DNA of 64,000 nt from Candidatus Poribacteria bacterium. GTDB lineage: Bacteria; Poribacteria; WGA-4E; WGA-3G. The stretch is taken from assembly GCA_965242965.1 (NCBI GenBank), contig OZ251518.1, positions 2,336,001 to 2,400,000 of the forward strand, read 5' to 3'. Positions 35,768 through 45,355 of the stretch are shown here, piece by piece. Each line of letters begins with the position of its first letter. Within the stretch, counting starts at the first letter, position 1. The notes under the pieces are model-generated. The model searched no databases. It saw only the letters and a program-made list of their open reading frames with translations, and was not told where the DNA came from. Made by a program: the position numbers and the translations under genes.

Positions 35768-37693
35768 TTGATAAAAAACTCTTCAGACACATCAGCACGC
35801 ATCACGGGCCGCTCGCTCATCTTGGGCGTTTTGTTCATCCCTGTCAATGTCTATTGGATGACACTGGTTGAGGTGAAATACTACTCGCTTGACGGTTCGT
35901 GCCTGCCGCTTTTTATCCAACCGGTTTTTATCCTGTTCGTCTGTGTTGTCTTCAACTGCGTGCTGAAACGCCTCGCGCCGCGGGCGATGCTCCAGCAAGG
36001 CGAATTGTTGGGCATCTACATCATGGTAGCGATTTCGTGCACGTTCGCCGGGCACGATACGATGCAAAATATGTTCGGCAGCATCGCACACCCGTTTCGG
36101 TTTGCCACGGACGAGAACGAATGGCAGACGCTGTTTTTCCGTTACCTTCCGAGTTGGCTCACCGTCAGCGATGCGCAAAGTTTGCAAGGGTTTTATGAAG
36201 GCGAGGCTTCTTTCTATACACGGCATAACTTTTTGACATGGGTGAAACCGATCGCGTTCTGGGGACTCTTTTTCCTGATTATGATGTTCATGATGCTATG
36301 CATCAATACGCTTGTGCGGAAGCGGTGGACAGAACAAGAGAAACTGGCGTATCCGATTATCCAACTCCCGCTCGGGCTGGCGGAAAATGGCGGTATCACG
36401 CTGCTAAAAAATCGGATGATGTGGATAGGGTTCAGCATCGCGTTTGTGATTGGTGTGGTTAACGGGATTCACTATCTGTTTCCGCAGTTTCCGGAGATTC
36501 CGTATATCAAACGCACCGCTGTTTTCCAAAACATCTTCACCGACAGGCCGTGGAACGTGATTCGCGGCACCCGCATTTCGGTTTATCCATTTGCGGTAGG
36601 GTTAGCATTTTTTCTTCCCTTGGATCTTTCGTTTTCGTGCTGGTTCTTTTTCGTTGTGCGGTTGGCGGAATTTGTCATCGGCGCGGCACTCGGCACGCGG
36701 TATTTTCCATCGCTCAATGAACAAGCGTATGGCGCGTGGATTGCGCTGTTCGTGCTGGCAGTGTGGGTAACGCGCCGCCACTTGATAGAGGTAATGAAAA
36801 AGGCGTTCGGCTTCCGGTCTTCTTTAGACGATTCCGATGAACCGATGCCATATCGCGCCGCACTGCTCGGCATTGTCGGTTCCCTCATTGCACTCGGCAT
36901 TTTTTGCTCCATGGCCGGGATGGCGTTATGGGTGGCGGGGCTCTTCTTCGGTATTTATTTCCTACTTTCCTTCGCGATTACGCGGGTGCGCGCGGAGCTC
37001 GGGACCCCGCACGAAATCTACTACGTCAATCCGCACGACATGCTGGCTACCGTTGGCGGCACTCGGCAATTTGACACCAGTAGTCTCACGCTCATGTCGC
37101 TGTTTTACTGGTTCAATAGGGGGTATCGCAATCATCCGATGCCGAATCAAATTGAGGCATTTAAAATCGCCGAATCGACAGGAATGGGCAATCGGCGGCT
37201 GTGGGTAGCGATGCTGATTGCCATTATTGTCGGCATTCTCGCGACGTTCTGGGCGAATCTGGATGTCACCTTCCGGAACGGCGCGATTGCGAAGGCAGGC
37301 GGCTTCAAAGGCTGGGTAGGCCGTGAATCGTTCAGCCGACTCCAACGCTGGCTGCACAACCCCGCAGAACCAAACTGGACAGGGGTTGGGTTCATGGGGA
37401 TCGGCGGCTTGCTGACGTTCCTGATGATGTATATGCGGATGCATTTCCTGTGGTGGCCGTTTCATCCCGCCGGCTACGCGCTAGCGATTAGTTTTGCAAT
37501 GGACTATTTCTGGTTCGCGTTCTTCGTCGCCTGGTTCCTGAAACTCATGATTCTGCGCCACGGCGGACTGAAGTTGCATCGCCGCGTTGCACCCCTGTTT
37601 TTAGGGCTGATTTTGGGGGATTATGTCATCGGCAGTATATGGGCGATTATCGGACCGGTGTCCGGTTTGCGCACCTATAAGATTTTTATCTGA
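35768..37693 (+). CDS. Polytopic membrane protein, DUF6785/DUF6784-like (putative transporter)
   Basis: Many TM helices; RKRWTEQEKLAYPI, PLDLSFSCWFF, TRVRAELG, WWPFHPAGY, LGLILGD. Paralog of 56406-58382. Confidence 0.82.
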   Translation: MIKNSSDTSARITGRSLILGVLFIPVNVYWMTLVEVKYYSLDGSCLPLFIQPVFILFVCVVFNCVLKRLAPRAMLQQGELLGIYIMVAISCTFAGHDTMQNMFGSIAHPFRFATDENEWQTLFFRYLPSWLTVSDAQSLQGFYEGEASFYTRHNFLTWVKPIAFWGLFFLIMMFMMLCINTLVRKRWTEQEKLAYPIIQLPLGLAENGGITLLKNRMMWIGFSIAFVIGVVNGIHYLFPQFPEIPYIKRTAVFQNIFTDRPWNVIRGTRISVYPFAVGLAFFLPLDLSFSCWFFFVVRLAEFVIGAALGTRYFPSLNEQAYGAWIALFVLAVWVTRRHLIEVMKKAFGFRSSLDDSDEPMPYRAALLGIVGSLIALGIFCSMAGMALWVAGLFFGIYFLLSFAITRVRAELGTPHEIYYVNPHDMLATVGGTRQFDTSSLTLMSLFYWFNRGYRNHPMPNQIEAFKIAESTGMGNRRLWVAMLIAIIVGILATFWANLDVTFRNGAIAKAGGFKGWVGRESFSRLQRWLHNPAEPNWTGVGFMGIGGLLTFLMMYMRMHFLWWPFHPAGYALAISFAMDYFWFAFFVAWFLKLMILRHGGLKLHRRVAPLFLGLILGDYVIGSIWAIIGPVSGLRTYKIFI

Positions 37694-38397
37694 TGAAAAG
37701 CCAACTGCGAGACTACCCCCTCGCGAACGTTCGCATTTCGCTAGGCGACAGGGAGCTCCCACTCACAATTATCGAAGAACCTGACTGGTTCCTCGAACGG
37801 CTCAGCCGAGAGGATAACGAAGGCAGACTCTATCTCCCCTATTGGACTTACCTCTGGGAGGCTTCCATCGGTTTGGCGCGCTATATTGAGAAATCCGGCG
37901 AAACGCTTACCGGGCAGCGCGCCCTAGAAATCGGGTGTGGCTTTGGGCTCACCGGCATTGTCGCTTGTCAAAATGGCGCGGAAGTCGTCTTCACGGACGC
38001 GGAACAGGAAGCACTCCGATTTGCCCGATACAACGCGTTGCAAAACGGCGTTGCAGAACGCGCCGCTTTCGTCCAAATGGATTGGAACTTTCCCTGTCTC
38101 CGTGGGCAATATCCTTACATCCTCGCTTCCGATGTCATATATGAAGAACACCATTGGCAACCGATTGTGAAGTTACTCCAAGAACACCTCGCGCCAGAGG
38201 GTATTGCGCTTTTCTCTGAGCCGAATCGCACGAATGCTATCAGATTTTTCGATATGGTTTGTGAGAATGGGTTTGTCTATCGAAAATCTGGCTGTCCTGT
38301 CAAAGGTGATGGAAAGAAATCCACCGTGTCTATCTATACGGTGCGGCGCGCGAACGCCGAACGAATTGCAAATCCTACCGATTTGCACAAAAAATAG
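37693..38397 (+). CDS. Class I SAM-dependent methyltransferase (Methyltransf_16-like)
   Basis: PYWTYLWEAS, LEIGCGFG, ILASDVIY. Confidence 0.85.
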   Translation: MKSQLRDYPLANVRISLGDRELPLTIIEEPDWFLERLSREDNEGRLYLPYWTYLWEASIGLARYIEKSGETLTGQRALEIGCGFGLTGIVACQNGAEVVFTDAEQEALRFARYNALQNGVAERAAFVQMDWNFPCLRGQYPYILASDVIYEEHHWQPIVKLLQEHLAPEGIALFSEPNRTNAIRFFDMVCENGFVYRKSGCPVKGDGKKSTVSIYTVRRANAERIANPTDLHKK

Positions 38398-38422
38398 GAA
38401 ATTTTTGCTGAAAAAGTAGGCA
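38384..38422. promoter_or_regulatory. Two tandem NtrC-like enhancer sites
   Basis: TGCACAAAAAATAGGAA and TGCTGAAAAAGTAGGCA (TGC-N11-GCA pattern), about 100-135 bp upstream of the first sigma54 site. Confidence 0.5.
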
Positions 38423-38432
38423 AAATGACGAT

Positions 38433-38457
38433 GCCCGCGGCTTGCCCGCGGGCTTTT
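38433..38457 (+). terminator. Possible intrinsic terminator after the methyltransferase
   Basis: gcccgcgg-cttgc-ccgcgggc followed by tttt. Confidence 0.5.
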
Positions 38458-38517
38458 CCTTTTAACGGTGCCCTGTGCCGCTTGGCGAAATCCGACCGGG
38501 GTGATTTTGAAACGGCT

Positions 38518-38583
38518 TTGGCATCGTTCTTGCTTATAGTCAATAGAGGATAATGTTTTTGCATAGGTTGGCAAAGAGCTTGC
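38518..38583 (+). promoter_or_regulatory. Two tandem sigma54 (-24/-12) promoters
   Basis: TTGGCATCGTTCTTGC (38518-38533) and TTGGCAAAGAGCTTGC (38568-38583), both GG-N10-GC. Confidence 0.78.
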
Positions 38584-38683
38584 GGCAACCCTGCATGCAA
38601 TAACGGCGCATGCGGGGTTACGTCAAGCGATGTCATTGTGCCAACCCTACATATCAAACGCTTTGTGCCAATACAAAAAAACG

Positions 38684-39292
38684 ATGAAGGAAGTCGCCGC
38701 AGTGCCGAGAATTTTAATCATTGATGACAATCCGGAACGGACGCGTCTGTTGAGCCAGATATTGGAAGCCGTTCCTTACGAGGTGCTTGCTCCGTTGCCG
38801 CTAAAGCTGCAGGAAGTTTTGCCCGAGCAGGTAGCGCAGCGGCATCCAGATATTCTTCTGATTGGGGCTGACTTCCCTGGGCAAGCTGTCTTGAAAGGCA
38901 TGGCGTTCCTCAGCGAGAACTACCCGTGTCCGACGGTGATGTTCTCCGAAGATGCGTGCGCCGAGACGATTCAGTCGGCGACGCGCGCGGGGGTGTCCGC
39001 GTATGTTGTCGGAAAACTCACCGAGGCACGGGTACGGACTATTATTGAGGCAGCCGTTGCACGGTTCCGTGAACGCCAAGCATTGCAACGCGAACTTGAG
39101 AAGACGAAGGCGAGCCTCGCCGAACGCAAAATCGTTGAACGCGCGAAAGAAGTTGTCGCACAGCAACGTGGCTGTAGCGAGGCGGAAGCGTATCAGGTTT
39201 TGCGCAAAATGGCGATGAATCGCAGAAAGCGGCTTGCAGAAGTCGCTCAGGATGTGCTGTCTATAACAGAGGTACTGACGAGTAAACGGTAG
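38684..39292 (+). CDS. nasT: NasT-like pseudo-receiver/ANTAR transcription antiterminator
   Basis: RILIIDD...PDILLIG (no phospho-Asp), AGVSAYVV, ANTAR LAERKIVERAK...EAEAYQVLRKMAMN. Alternative start GTG 38702. Confidence 0.88.
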   Translation: MKEVAAVPRILIIDDNPERTRLLSQILEAVPYEVLAPLPLKLQEVLPEQVAQRHPDILLIGADFPGQAVLKGMAFLSENYPCPTVMFSEDACAETIQSATRAGVSAYVVGKLTEARVRTIIEAAVARFRERQALQRELEKTKASLAERKIVERAKEVVAQQRGCSEAEAYQVLRKMAMNRRKRLAEVAQDVLSITEVLTSKR

Positions 39293-39349
39293 AAGGCGCG
39301 TGTTCAACGACGAATAGGCGCACTACAAAAATTGATAACGAAGGTATCC

Positions 39350-39430
39350 AAACCAAAGCCGGTTTGGGCAAGGACAAAGGTGTCCATTGGGCTGAGCACG
39401 CTGCTCACCGATGGATGCCTATCTTTTTTT
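39350..39430 (+). promoter_or_regulatory. ANTAR dual-hairpin leader overlapping an intrinsic terminator
   Basis: AAACC-AAAGCC-GGTTT and GGAC-AAAGGT-GTCC (hexaloops with A1 and G4). The second overlaps the stem GGTGTCCATTGG/CCGATGGATGCC followed by a T-run. Confidence 0.85.
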
Positions 39431-39494
39431 AATTTGCTTAGGAATTTGCTTAAGATTGACAGGGAAGTCCTGCCTAATAGAGGAGATTTCAGCA

Positions 39495-41060
39495 ATGAAC
39501 GAACTGGAAACAAAAAAGCGGCGGCTCAGCGGAAAATCAGGCGGGCGCAAAAAGACACGAGCCCCCAAGATAACCGCCGCAGAGGCACTCAAACGCGAGA
39601 AGAACGGACTCGAAGTGATCGATGACATCCCGAACTACATCCGGAACGGCTGGGAATCAATCCCGCCGGACGAACGCGACCGGCTCAAGTATGTCGGGGT
39701 GTTTTATCGGAAGCAAACACCGGGCGCGTTTATGATGCGGCTCCGCATGTCCTGCGGGTTTAGCAACGCCGAACAATTCCGCGTCATCGCCGACATCAGT
39801 GAGAAATACGGGCCGGGATTCGTAGATCTCACTACGCGGCAGCAGATTCAACTGCGCGGGTTCGCAATCGGGGATGTGCAACATATCTGGAACCGACTGG
39901 AAGAGGTGGGCTTAAACTCGATGCAGACAGGGTTTGACAACATTCGCGGTGTCACGGGATGCCCCGTCGCCGGCCTCACCCCTAATGAGTTGTTCGATGC
40001 CTCGCCTGTAGCGAAGCAGTTCACAGACATGTTTGTCGGGAATAAGGCATACACCGATATCCCGCGCAAATTTAACGTCGGCATCACCGGATGCTTGGAT
40101 AACTGCACGCATGCCGCTTCGCAGGATATCTCACTCACGCCTGCCGTAAAAAGCATTGATGGAGTGGAGACAAAGGGGTTTAACGTCGCTGTCGGCGGCA
40201 AGATGGGCTCCGGCGGCTATACCGTCGCAAAGGAACTTGACGTGTTCGTTACGCCAGAGGAAGCAGCAGAATTGTGCGGACACATTACGCTGGTTTTCCG
40301 GGACCACGGGCCGCGAACCTCCCGCAATAAATCGCGACTCGCTTTTCTCATCGCAGACTGGGGTGTGGAAAAATTTCGGGAAGAGGTAGAACGCCGACAT
40401 TGTAACGGGAAGCCGCTCCTGCAAGCCGGGAAAGATATGCGGAAGAAAAAGAAGACGGACCACGGCGGTATCTACGCGCAAAAACAGCCAGACCTGAACT
40501 ATGTCGGGCTTGTCGTGCCGGTGGGACGCATGACGACAGCGCAACTCGTTGAAACCGCACGCATCGCAGACGCATACGGCAACGGCGATATCCGCCTAAC
40601 ACAGGAACAGAACCTGATTATCCCCAACGTGCCGAGCCTCAAACTGGGGGATTTAACGGCGGAACCACTTCTGCAAGAACTCCGCTATGAGCCTTCGGAG
40701 GTGATGCGCGGCATGGTGAGTTGCACCGGTATTGACTACTGTCACTTCTCTTTGATTGAGACGAAGGAGCGGGCGATGGAGGCGATTCGGCATTTGGAAG
40801 CGAAACTCGGAAATACGAAACCGCTCACTATCGCCTGGTCTGGGTGCCCCAACGGGTGTGGCAATCACGCCGCCGCCGATATCGGGCTCCTCGGCAAGAA
40901 AACCAAAATCAACGGTGTCGTCACCGATGCCGTGGATGTGTTTGTCGGCGGGAAAACGGGACCGAATCCGAAGACTGCCACGAAGTTATTAGAGAACGTG
41001 CCTTGCGATGAATTGCCACAGGTCCTGGAGGGACTTATTCCGTATTTATCACGTCGATAA
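39495..41060 (+). CDS. nirA: Ferredoxin-nitrite reductase
   Basis: FMMRLR, LTTRQQIQ, PRKFNV, siroheme/4Fe-4S ligands CTGIDYC and SGCPNGCG. Start ATG 39495 after GAGGAG. Confidence 0.92.
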   Translation: MNELETKKRRLSGKSGGRKKTRAPKITAAEALKREKNGLEVIDDIPNYIRNGWESIPPDERDRLKYVGVFYRKQTPGAFMMRLRMSCGFSNAEQFRVIADISEKYGPGFVDLTTRQQIQLRGFAIGDVQHIWNRLEEVGLNSMQTGFDNIRGVTGCPVAGLTPNELFDASPVAKQFTDMFVGNKAYTDIPRKFNVGITGCLDNCTHAASQDISLTPAVKSIDGVETKGFNVAVGGKMGSGGYTVAKELDVFVTPEEAAELCGHITLVFRDHGPRTSRNKSRLAFLIADWGVEKFREEVERRHCNGKPLLQAGKDMRKKKKTDHGGIYAQKQPDLNYVGLVVPVGRMTTAQLVETARIADAYGNGDIRLTQEQNLIIPNVPSLKLGDLTAEPLLQELRYEPSEVMRGMVSCTGIDYCHFSLIETKERAMEAIRHLEAKLGNTKPLTIAWSGCPNGCGNHAAADIGLLGKKTKINGVVTDAVDVFVGGKTGPNPKTATKLLENVPCDELPQVLEGLIPYLSRR

Positions 41061-41082
41061 GGAGGAAGAAAGTCCAAAGACT

Positions 41083-41510
41083 CGTAGCGAGTTTTCGGTG
41101 GACCGGAGCATGGCGAGGGACAGGCCCTCGCCCTACGGAAGGAGAGATTCCAAAGGCCCGTAGCGCGGGGGCCTGTCCCCCGCGATCGCTCGATCACCGG
41201 AGCGGGGGGGCTGTCGCCCGCGATCGTTGCATGGCGAGGGACAGGCCCTCGCCCTACGGTAAAAGGAGCCGTTCTGGATACCGTAGCGCGGGGGCCCTCG
41301 GATGCCATACGCGCATCCGAGCGGGTTTCCCCCGCGATCGTGGCATGGCGAGGGACAGGCCCTCGCCCTACGGTAAAACGAGCCGTTCTGGATACTGTAG
41401 CGCGGGGGCCTGTCCCCCGCGATCGTGGCAGCTTTCCAAAGGCTCGTAGCGCGGGGGCCTGTCCCCCGCGATCTCTCGATCACCGTAGCGCGGGGGCCCT
41501 CGCCCTACGG
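41083..41510. repeat. Dense REP-like array inside the nitrate operon
   Basis: About 10 alternating gtagcgcgggggcctgtcccccgcg and ggcgagggacaggccctcgccctac units. Confidence 0.9.
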
Positions 41511-41572
41511 AAGATGAAGGCGGTTTCGGAAAAAACCGATTTCCGCCATAAAAAATAAAAAGGAAAAAATAA

Positions 41573-42928
41573 ATGGAAATTAAAAACAAAGCGACTCAGA
41601 TTAACCTATTCAATTTGAAAACCGTCCAGATGCGCGCCTTTCATACCACGTGGTTCGCATTCTTCCTCGCCTTTTTCGGATGGTTCGGCATTGCCCCGCT
41701 AATGGCAATCGTCCGCGAAGACTTGATGTTAACCAAGGCGCAAATCGGCAACACAATTATTGCCTCCGTGGCCATCACGGTAGTGGTGCGAATCTTAATC
41801 GGCCCGCTGTGTGACAGGGTAGGTTCGCGGAAGGCGTATACGTGGCTCCTCATCCTCGGTTCAATACCGGTGATGGGCATCGGGCTCGCGCAAAGTTATG
41901 AGACATTCCTGCTGTTTCGTTTGGCAATCGGTGCCATCGGCGCGGCGTTCGTTATCACGCAGTATCACACCTCCGTGATGTTTGCACCGAATTGTGTCGG
42001 TGCCGCGAATGCAACCACGGCGGGATGGGGGAACCTAGGCGGCGGTGTCACCCAGATGGTAATGCCGCTGCTCTTTACGGCGGTGCTCAGTTTCGGCGTG
42101 GATAAGTTCCTCGGATGGCGGCTCGCCATGATTATCCCCGGCGTTGCCCTATTTTTCATGGCGTTCGTTTACTACTTCTGCACGCAAGATGCACCCGATG
42201 GAAACTATAAGGAACTTCGCGCCCGCGGCGAAATGGAACCCGCCGAAGGCAAAGGCATGGAATCCTTCATGCTAGCCATTAAGGATTACCGCGTCTGGGC
42301 ACTCTTTGTCATTTACGCCGCCTGTTTTGGCGTGGAACTCACGATTAACAACGTCGCCGCGCTCTACTATCACGACAAGTTCCAATTAGATGTAAAGACA
42401 GCGGGAATCATCGCCGGGCTGTTCGGTTTGATGAACATTTTCGCCCGAACGATGGGTGGTGTTTTTTCCGATTTCTTCGCGAAGAAAATGGGATTGAGGG
42501 GGAGAGTGTTGTTTCTATTTTTCGTCCTCCTCGGCGAGGGTATCATGCTGATGCTGTTTTCGCAAATGGCGGTGCTTATCCTCGCTGTCGGCGTGATGAT
42601 AGTCTTCAGTCTCTTCGTGCAGATGTCCGAAGGCGCGACTTACGGGATTGTCCCGTTCATTAACAAAAAGGCGTTGGGGGCTGTCGCCGGCATCGTCGGT
42701 GCCGGTGGCAACGCAGGTGCAGTTGCCGCGGGCTTCCTTTTCCGGGCAGAGAGCATCACGATGCAGCAAGGGCTGCTCTATCTCGGTGCAGCGGTTGCTG
42801 TCGCTTCAGTTGCGACAGGACTCGTCCGGTTTTCACCGGCTGTTCAAGCGGCAGAGAAAAAGGCGTTTGATGCGGCACTCGCTGAGAAACAGCGTCTGAA
42901 GGCAGAAACTGGCAACGCTGTTGCCTAA
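41573..42928 (+). CDS. NNP-family (NarK/NasA/NRT2) nitrate/nitrite transporter
   Basis: MRAFHTTWFAFFLAFFGWF, nitrate signature AGWGNLGGG, CFGVELT, EGATYGIVPF. Confidence 0.92.
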   Translation: MEIKNKATQINLFNLKTVQMRAFHTTWFAFFLAFFGWFGIAPLMAIVREDLMLTKAQIGNTIIASVAITVVVRILIGPLCDRVGSRKAYTWLLILGSIPVMGIGLAQSYETFLLFRLAIGAIGAAFVITQYHTSVMFAPNCVGAANATTAGWGNLGGGVTQMVMPLLFTAVLSFGVDKFLGWRLAMIIPGVALFFMAFVYYFCTQDAPDGNYKELRARGEMEPAEGKGMESFMLAIKDYRVWALFVIYAACFGVELTINNVAALYYHDKFQLDVKTAGIIAGLFGLMNIFARTMGGVFSDFFAKKMGLRGRVLFLFFVLLGEGIMLMLFSQMAVLILAVGVMIVFSLFVQMSEGATYGIVPFINKKALGAVAGIVGAGGNAGAVAAGFLFRAESITMQQGLLYLGAAVAVASVATGLVRFSPAVQAAEKKAFDAALAEKQRLKAETGNAVA

Positions 42929-42983
42929 TCAAAACCGCGGCGGGTAGGCGCGCTTTCAACGCGCGCCTACCCAAACGCAGTGT

Positions 42984-45110
42984 ATGGAGAAAACAGTGAA
43001 AACTTCAACAGGAAAAGCCGTGTGTCCCTATTGTGGTGTTGGCTGCGTTATCAGTGCTACGGTGCGCGATAATCAAATTATCAAGATTGCAACGGATGCG
43101 GCTCTCGCGCCGAATTACGGCATGCTCTGTCCGAAAGGCGCGCACCTCAAACAAGCGTTTCAGCATCCCGACGGCCGGCTCGCTTATCCGATGATTCGCG
43201 ACCGGCGCGGCGTGCCCCCGCGCCAGGTTACGTGGGATGAAGCCCTCGCGTTCACAGCAAACCGCTTGCAGGATATTCAATTGGAGCACGGCAAAGATTC
43301 GATCGCGTTCTACGGTTCTGGACAGCTGGACACCGAAGCCTCTTATGTTTTCAACAAATTGTTCAAGGGGTTCCTCCGCACCAATAACGTTGACACAAAC
43401 AGCCGGCTCTGCATGTCTTCGGCAGTGGTAGGTTATATTCAGACGTTCGGTTCGGATGGCCCGCCGACGTGCTACGAGGATATCCAGCACGCCGATGTGT
43501 TCCTGATTATCGGCGCGAATATGGCGGCGAATCATCCCGTGCTTTTCCAAATGATTCGGAAGCGGCGCGCGGTGGAATCCAACACGCGGATTATCACCGT
43601 CGACCCGAGGCGAACGAAAACGGCAGACTTCTCGGATATTCATGTGCCGCTCGCGCCCGGCAGCGATGTCGCATTCCTGCAACTTATTGCCAAACGGCTC
43701 CTCGCGATGGGCCGCGTTAATAGACGCTTTATTCGGCGCGGCACTGAAAACTTCAGCGCATACGAGAGCCATTTACAAAGCCTTGATGAGGAAGCATTGC
43801 TGGCGGCTTGCGGGGGTGGTGAGGCTTGGCATCCCGCGCGGATTGACGAAATCGTCGAATACCTCTCCAAGCCGAGTCGGTTGCTCAGTTTCTATTGCCA
43901 AGGCACGAACCAAAGCACCAGCGGGGTGGACAAAAACGTCGCGTTGATTAATCTCCATCTGCAATTAGGCGAAGTCGGTATCAAAGGAGCCGGTCCGTTT
44001 TCGTTAACGGGACAACCGAATGCGATGGGGGGACGTGAAGTCGGGTATCTGGCGCATCAACTGCCCGGTTATCGCGTCGTCACGAACGATATGCACCGTG
44101 CCTATATGGAAGGCGCGTGGCGATTGCCACCGGGTAGCATTGATGCGAAGCCGGGGTTAACTGCCGTGCCGATGTTCGAGGCAGCGGCAAAAGGCGATGT
44201 CCGCGCACTCTGGATTGCCTGCACGAATCCCGCTGTCAGCATGCCCGACACGAAGGTTTCGCAAGCCGGGCTCCGACGCGCAGACCTGGTTATTGTGCAG
44301 GACTGCTATTACCCCACGGAAACAGCAGAATACGCCGATGTCCTCCTTCCCGCGGCGCAGTGGGGAGAAAAGCGTGGCACGATGACGAATAGCGAACGCC
44401 TCGTTGTTCGCAGTGACCGGTTTCTCACACCGCCGGGAGAAGCGAAGCCGGATTGGTGGATATTCGCGCAAGTCGCCAAGGCGATGGGATTCAAGAGAAG
44501 TTTTGACTTCCACTCTATGGAAGAAGTCTGGGATGAATATCGCATGCTGACAGCGGGCACCCCGTGCGATCAGGTAGGGATGACGAACGAACGGCTTGCA
44601 AAAACCTCTTTGCAATGGCCCTGTCCGCATCCACGGCACCCTGGCACGGCGCGCAGATACACGCGTCGGCGGTTTCTCACGCCTTCCGGCAAGGCGCAGT
44701 TTCAAACCCCTGTCTATCGGCCACCGCAAGAGGAACCCGATGCAGATTTTCCCCTCGGTTTGACAACAGGCCGGGTCGCGAGTCAGTGGCATACCCGCAC
44801 CCGCACCGGCAAGGTGCCACAACTCGTAAAAAAAGATCCGGAACCGTTTGTGGAAATCCATCCTGACGATGCGGATACTTATGAAGTGCAAGATGGGGAG
44901 TGGGTTTATCTTGTGAGCCGCCGCGGCCGTTGCTATGCGCGTGCCCGTGTCACGGAGGCGATTCGGCGTGGGTTGCTCTTCACGCCGTTCCATTGGGGTG
45001 ATTTGTTCCACACCGAGACGAACGCGAATTATGTGACGACTTCGGCGGCGGACCCGGTATCAAAGCAGCCGGAGTTGAAGTTTTGTGCGGTTCGGATTGA
45101 GGCGGCATAG
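42984..45110 (+). CDS. narB: Assimilatory nitrate reductase catalytic subunit (Mo-bisPGD), NarB-like
   Basis: CPYCGVGC...CPKG, TNSRLCMSSA, LTGQPNAMGGRE, TGRVASQWHT, SKQPELK. 708 aa with no C-terminal BFD domain. Confidence 0.85.
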   Translation: MEKTVKTSTGKAVCPYCGVGCVISATVRDNQIIKIATDAALAPNYGMLCPKGAHLKQAFQHPDGRLAYPMIRDRRGVPPRQVTWDEALAFTANRLQDIQLEHGKDSIAFYGSGQLDTEASYVFNKLFKGFLRTNNVDTNSRLCMSSAVVGYIQTFGSDGPPTCYEDIQHADVFLIIGANMAANHPVLFQMIRKRRAVESNTRIITVDPRRTKTADFSDIHVPLAPGSDVAFLQLIAKRLLAMGRVNRRFIRRGTENFSAYESHLQSLDEEALLAACGGGEAWHPARIDEIVEYLSKPSRLLSFYCQGTNQSTSGVDKNVALINLHLQLGEVGIKGAGPFSLTGQPNAMGGREVGYLAHQLPGYRVVTNDMHRAYMEGAWRLPPGSIDAKPGLTAVPMFEAAAKGDVRALWIACTNPAVSMPDTKVSQAGLRRADLVIVQDCYYPTETAEYADVLLPAAQWGEKRGTMTNSERLVVRSDRFLTPPGEAKPDWWIFAQVAKAMGFKRSFDFHSMEEVWDEYRMLTAGTPCDQVGMTNERLAKTSLQWPCPHPRHPGTARRYTRRRFLTPSGKAQFQTPVYRPPQEEPDADFPLGLTTGRVASQWHTRTRTGKVPQLVKKDPEPFVEIHPDDADTYEVQDGEWVYLVSRRGRCYARARVTEAIRRGLLFTPFHWGDLFHTETNANYVTTSAADPVSKQPELKFCAVRIEAA

Positions 45111-45124
45111 TGCCGGTTTTTTCA

Positions 45125-45355
45125 CCGTCGTAAGGACAGCAGCGGCGTGCTGCCCCCGCGAGCGTTAGGGTGCGGGAACGATGGCGCGGGAAACCCGCTC
45201 GCATGCGCGTGTGGCATGCGAGGGCCCGCGCCCTACGGTAAGAGGCAGCGATTTGGGTCTAGCGCGGGACAGGCCCGCGCCCTACGAGAACCCCAGCATT
45301 GCATCGAGACCAGGAGGTCTCTCCTACCAGGAAAATGCCTTGATCCCGAGGTCCT
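45125..45355. repeat. REP-like cluster between convergent narB and WD40 genes
   Basis: ggcgcgggaaacccgctcgcatgcg...cctac and catcgagaccaggaggtctctcctac modules. Confidence 0.8.

Noticed and set aside
40865-41589. Short ORFs rich in RGTGPRAT / ARDRPSPY / VARGPVPR (also near 16208, 19739, 45147, 52049, 55962, 60011)
   Set aside because: Translations of intergenic REP modules, not genes.
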